Shown one piece after another: positions 59,554 through 64,000 of a stretch of DNA of 64,000 bases. Both the position numbers and the translations under genes were made by a program. Origin of the DNA: an uncultured cyanobacterium (lineage in GTDB: Bacteria > Cyanobacteriota > Cyanobacteriia > PCC-6307 > Cyanobiaceae); assembly GCA_963697335.1 (NCBI GenBank), contig CAVONQ010000016.1, positions 32,001-96,000 on the forward strand, in the 5' to 3' direction. The notes under the pieces are model-generated. The model worked only from the letters and a program-made list of their open reading frames with translations. It was not told the origin of the DNA and did not search any database. How positions within the stretch are numbered: the first letter of the stretch is position 1; the number at the start of each line of letters is the position of its first letter.

Positions 59554-60512
59554 CCACCACCAAGACCAGCCTGTTTGCCGATGTGCACGGCCAGGAGCGG
59601 GCGGTGGCCCTGCTGGAGGCCGCCCTGGGCCGTGGCCATCTGGCGCCGGCCTACCTGTTCAGCGGGCCCGAAGGGGTGGGCAGGGGTCTGGTGGCGCGGC
59701 GCTTTCTGGAGGGCATGATCGCCGGGCCCGAAGGGTCCACGGGCGTGCGCCGCCGCCTCGAGGCCGGCAATCACCCCGACCTGCTCTGGGTGGAGCCCAC
59801 CTACCTGGACAAGGGCCAGCTGGTGCCGGCGTCCCAGGCCCTGGAGCGGGGGGTGAGCCGCCGCAATCCGCCCCAGCTGCGCCTGGAGCAGATCAGGGAC
59901 CTCTCCCGCTTTCTGGCCCGCTCTCCCGTGGAGGCGCCGGGCTGCATGGTGGTGCTCAGCTGTGCCGAGGCGATGGCCGAGGCCGCGGCCAACGCCCTGC
60001 TCAAGACCCTGGAGGAACCGGGCCGGGGCCGGCTGGTGCTGCTCAGCGCCGCGCCGGAGCAGCTGCTCAGCACGATCCGCTCGCGCTGCCAGCAGATCCG
60101 CTTCGCCCGCCTGGATGCAGCGGGCCTGGCCAGGGTGCTGGCGGCAGAACCCGAGCCCCCAGCACCCGACTCGGCGGAACTGCTGGAGCTGGCGGCCGGA
60201 TCGCCGGGGGCCCTGCTGGCCCACCGGCTGCAGTGGCAGGCCCTGCCGGCGGGGCTGACGGAACGCCTGGCGGCCCTGCCCCACAACACCGATCCCCTCG
60301 AAGCCCTGGGGCTGGCCAGGGATCTGAGCGAGGCCCTCGATGCTGACCAGCAACTCTGGCTGTTGCAGTGGTGGCAGCTGCTGTTGTGGCGCCAGCAGCA
60401 TCAGTCCGGGCCTGTGCAGCGCCTGGAACAGCTGAGACGGCAGCTGGTGGGCCATGTGCAGCCCCGCCTGGCCTGGGAAGTGGCCCTGCTCGAGCTCGCG
60501 GCTTCGAGCTGA
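59550..60512 (+). CDS. holB: DNA polymerase III delta' subunit
   Basis: AYLFSGPEGVG, NHPD, AANALLKTLEEP, TIRSRC; follows tmk. Confidence 0.93.
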   Translation: MTTTKTSLFADVHGQERAVALLEAALGRGHLAPAYLFSGPEGVGRGLVARRFLEGMIAGPEGSTGVRRRLEAGNHPDLLWVEPTYLDKGQLVPASQALERGVSRRNPPQLRLEQIRDLSRFLARSPVEAPGCMVVLSCAEAMAEAAANALLKTLEEPGRGRLVLLSAAPEQLLSTIRSRCQQIRFARLDAAGLARVLAAEPEPPAPDSAELLELAAGSPGALLAHRLQWQALPAGLTERLAALPHNTDPLEALGLARDLSEALDADQQLWLLQWWQLLLWRQQHQSGPVQRLEQLRRQLVGHVQPRLAWEVALLELAASS

Positions 60513-60529
60513 GGGCCTGGCCTGGGGCC

Positions 60530-61297
<768 letters not shown>

Positions 61298-61739
61298 GGC
61301 TGATGAAGGGCGAAGCAGGGGGGGACGGGCTCGATCCTCGCCTTCGGCCCTGGGCCTGGCGGCTCAGAACAGGTCGGCGGCGGCTTCATTGTCCCCGCTG
61401 GACTCGCGGATGGGGCGATCAGCACCTGGCGGCCCAGCCCTGCCCGCAGGGGGCATCTGGGGAGTTTCCAGTGCAGGGCTGCGTTCTGTGCCGCTGCTGG
61501 CCCCAGTCTGAGCTGGATTCTTCAGAATTTCTTCGGAAAACTTCGTTGTAGCCCCACGAGTTTTCTGGCATGCATGGCGAAATCCTGTTCCCGACAGCAG
61601 CTCAGCGCTCGCAGCTCAGCCCTCAGCATCGTTCGGGCGGTCCGGGGCTGGAGCCCCCTGCCACGCCAAAGCCAGCGCTGATGCCCTCCAGCAGGCTCAA
61701 ACGCTCTGGGCTGCAGTCACCCCAGCTGACTCACTCAAG

Positions 61740-61811
61740 CTCCCCGGGCGGGATTCGAACCTGCGACCAATCGGTTAACAGCCGACCGCTCTACCACTGA
61801 GCTACCGAGGA
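61740..61811 (-). tRNA. tRNA-Asn (GTT)
   Basis: TCCTCGGTAGCTCAGTGGTAGAGCGGTCGGCTGTTAACCGATTGGTCGCAGGTTCGAATCCCGCCCGGGGAG; cloverleaf, GTT anticodon, CCA not encoded. Confidence 0.97.
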
Positions 61812-61855
61812 AGGCGAACCACCAGGGTTCGGCCGGCGTCACCGGCCCAGAGACC

Positions 61856-62554
61856 TTACCCCTCGGGCTTGCCGCCCTGCAAGGGGCTGCCCAGCCGCTG
61901 CGCCAGCTCGCTGCCTGCCTGCCAGGGACCTGCGTGGCCGTCCTCCATCACGGCGGCGCCATCGCAGTGGCGCAGTTCCTCGAGCCGATGGGTGATCCAC
62001 AGGGCCGTGAGGCCGCCCCCGGCGTCTGCGGTGAGTCTGCGGATCAGGCCCAGCACCTCCTGCTGGCTGTCGGGATCGAGCAGGGCGGTGGGCTCGTCGA
62101 GCAGCAGCAGGTTGGCGCCGCTGGCCAGGGCCGCGGCGATCGCCAGACGCTGTTTCTGGCCGCCACTGAGGGTGTGGATGGGGCGGGCCGCCAGGCCCGG
62201 GAGCCCCACGGCTCCCAGCACCTCCTGGAGCCTGGCTTCCCGCTCAGGGCGCTGCAGGGCCGGATCGATCGACAGCAGCAACTCACTGCCACAGCTGGGG
62301 AGCAGCAGCTGGTGGTCGGGGTTCTGGAACACCAGGGCGGGGCGCGCCAGGCTGGTGATCGCCCCAGAGCGCGGCTGCAGCAGGCCGGCGATCAAGCGCA
62401 GCAGCGTGCTCTTGCCACTGCCGTTGCTGCCCACCAGCATCCACAGGCCAGGCCGGGGAATCTGCAGGGCGCAGTGCCGCAGCGCGGCCTGGCCATTGGG
62501 CCAGGAGAAACTGAGGCGCTCCACCGTGAGCGGCGGTGCCTGGGCTGGGGGCAT
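61856..62554 (-). CDS. ABC ATP-binding protein (ECF/CbiO-like)
   Basis: GSNGSGKST, FQNPDHQ, LSGGQKQR, LLDEP, ITH. Confidence 0.9.
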   Translation of the reverse strand: MPPAQAPPLTVERLSFSWPNGQAALRHCALQIPRPGLWMLVGSNGSGKSTLLRLIAGLLQPRSGAITSLARPALVFQNPDHQLLLPSCGSELLLSIDPALQRPEREARLQEVLGAVGLPGLAARPIHTLSGGQKQRLAIAAALASGANLLLLDEPTALLDPDSQQEVLGLIRRLTADAGGGLTALWITHRLEELRHCDGAAVMEDGHAGPWQAGSELAQRLGSPLQGGKPEG

Positions 62555-62564
62555 GGCGCTTGGC

Positions 62565-62828
62565 TCAGCCCTCGAAGCTGAAACCTGGGCGCTTGCCGCT
62601 GCTGGCGCTGGCCGACTTCTCATAGACCTGAACCGCCACCACTTCGCTGGTCAGCAGGCTCACCTTCTTGTCGGGTTCCTTCTCGCAGGTGAGCTCCAGA
62701 ATCCGGGGGCCGTGGCCTTCAAGGCTCTGGCGCACGGTGTCATAGAGGCTCTGGGCATCGGCGAGTTCCTTGCGCTGCACCGCAACGGGCATGGGGCTGA
62801 GCTTGATGGAGAGCTCGACGACGTACAT
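62565..62828 (-). CDS. conserved small cyanobacterial protein (UPF0367-like)
   Basis: [26 protein letters not shown] tail; ATG 62828. Confidence 0.7.
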   Translation of the reverse strand: MYVVELSIKLSPMPVAVQRKELADAQSLYDTVRQSLEGHGPRILELTCEKEPDKKVSLLTSEVVAVQVYEKSASASSGKRPGFSFEG

Positions 62829-63003
62829 GGCTGGTGGGGGACTGGCGCCCACTCTGGCCTGTGGCGGCGGGGTCCGCGGCAGAAGCCTGCGGCTGATGGG
62901 CTGGCAGCTGAGTGCTTCTACCCAAATCGTGCCCCTAGAAGGCGCAGTTCGGGTCTCCGCCCCCTTACGATTCGGGTGTAACGCTTCGTTAAGTCCGCTT
63001 CTC

Positions 63004-64000
63004 ATGACGATCGCTGCAGGACGCTTGCCGCAGCGGGGATGGTTCGACGTCCTCGATGACTGGCTCAAGCGCGACCGCTTTGTCTTTGTGGGGTGGTCTG
63101 GTCTGCTCCTGTTCCCCACGGCCTACCTGGCCCTGGGCGGCTGGCTGACCGGCACCACCTTCGCCACCTCCTGGTACACCCACGGGATTGCCAGTTCCTA
63201 CCTCGAGGGCTGCAACTTCCTCACCGCCGCCGTCAGCACCCCCGCTGACGCCATGGGCCACAGCCTGTTGCTGCTCTGGGGCCCCGAGGCCCAGGGTGAC
63301 TTCGTGCGCTGGGTGCAGCTCGGCGGCCTCTGGCCCTTCGTGGCCCTGCACGGTGCCTTCTCCCTGATCGGCTTCATGCTGCGTCAGTTCGAGATCGCCC
63401 GGCTGGTGGGCATCCGCCCCTACAACGCCATCGCCTTCTCGGGCCCGATCGCGGTGTTCGTCAGTGTCTTCCTGATGTACCCCCTGGGTCAGAGCAGCTG
63501 GTTCTTTGCGCCCAGCTTCGGCGTGGCCGCCATCTTCCGCTTCCTGCTGTTCCTGCAGGGCTTCCACAACTGGACCCTCAACCCCTTCCACATGATGGGT
63601 GTGGCGGGCATCCTGGGCGGTGCCCTGCTGTGCGCCATCCACGGCGCCACGGTGGAGAACACCCTGTTTGAGGACGGGGAGCAGTCGAACACCTTCAAGG
63701 CGTTCGAGCCCACCCAGGAAGAGGAGACCTACTCGATGGTGACGGCCAACCGCTTCTGGAGCCAGATCTTCGGGATCGCCTTCTCCAACAAGCGCTGGCT
63801 GCACTTCTTCATGCTGTTCGTGCCGGTGATGGGTCTGTGGACCAGCAGCATCGGCATCATCGGCCTGGCGCTGAACCTGCGGGCCTACGACTTCGTGTCA
63901 CAGGAGATCCGCGCCGCTGAGGACCCCGAGTTCGAGACCTTCTACACGAAGAACATTCTTCTGAATGAAGGCATCCGCGCCTGGATGGCGCCGGCTGACC
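63004..64000 (+). CDS. psbD: photosystem II D2 protein (runs off the window end)
   Basis: [56 protein letters not shown]; no stop in window so absent from ORF track. Confidence 0.98.
   Translation, partial: MTIAAGRLPQRGWFDVLDDWLKRDRFVFVGWSGLLLFPTAYLALGGWLTGTTFATSWYTHGIASSYLEGCNFLTAAVSTPADAMGHSLLLLWGPEAQGDFVRWVQLGGLWPFVALHGAFSLIGFMLRQFEIARLVGIRPYNAIAFSGPIAVFVSVFLMYPLGQSSWFFAPSFGVAAIFRFLLFLQGFHNWTLNPFHMMGVAGILGGALLCAIHGATVENTLFEDGEQSNTFKAFEPTQEEETYSMVTANRFWSQIFGIAFSNKRWLHFFMLFVPVMGLWTSSIGIIGLALNLRAYDFVSQEIRAAEDPEFETFYTKNILLNEGIRAWMAPAD

Noticed and set aside
61303..61811. tRNA-Asn as an integration site for an island
   Set aside because: No integrase, no duplicated tRNA 3' end seen, and core rpaA follows. 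The short ORFs in the gap have no support.
62966..62995. Possible HLR1 (RpaB) site near the psbD promoter
   Set aside because: TACGAT is a plausible -10, but the TTAAC/TTACA half-sites are degenerate and 11 rather than 10 nt apart.
62989..63804. 271-aa minus-strand ORF
   Set aside because: Antisense to psbD, which the track missed because it has no stop within the window.

Overview
High-GC picocyanobacterial chromosome segment (Cyanobium / freshwater Synechococcus-like, judged from gene content and order). Most of it is core backbone: purE, cysC, sui1, trpB, hrcA, sixA-gltA-ndhAIGE-nadK, pedR, metF, cugP, scpA, ndhD/ndhF, rbcR, ndhM, pds/crtB, rbp, cca, ycf34, tsaB, plsC-fabD-fabH-plsX, rpaB, radA, ycf3, Cu-ATPase, tmk, holB, rpaA, tRNA-Asn and psbD (cut by the window end). 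Two accessory blocks interrupt it. (1) About 2.7-10.9 kb includes a DUF1611 + PLP racemase pair behind a perfect NtcA-type palindrome. (2) About 35.8-46 kb is a signalling locus woven into the carotenoid operon. It encodes a Cache hybrid kinase, a stand-alone receiver, a DHp-REC protein, TolC, a frameshifted membrane Cache/HAMP protein, a MinD/ParA-like ATPase with an RGGxGKS P-loop and a small partner ORF. The DHp-REC protein and the HAMP receptor both lack a catalytic output and end in the same ~55-residue tail (28/55 identical, gapless). This is the best candidate for an undescribed system, in which signalling may converge on a MinD-like ATPase. Also present are a galE remnant, an orphan Anbu-type protease with a large insertion and a 59-aa ORF missing from the ORF track. 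All family calls are from motif recognition, not database searches.
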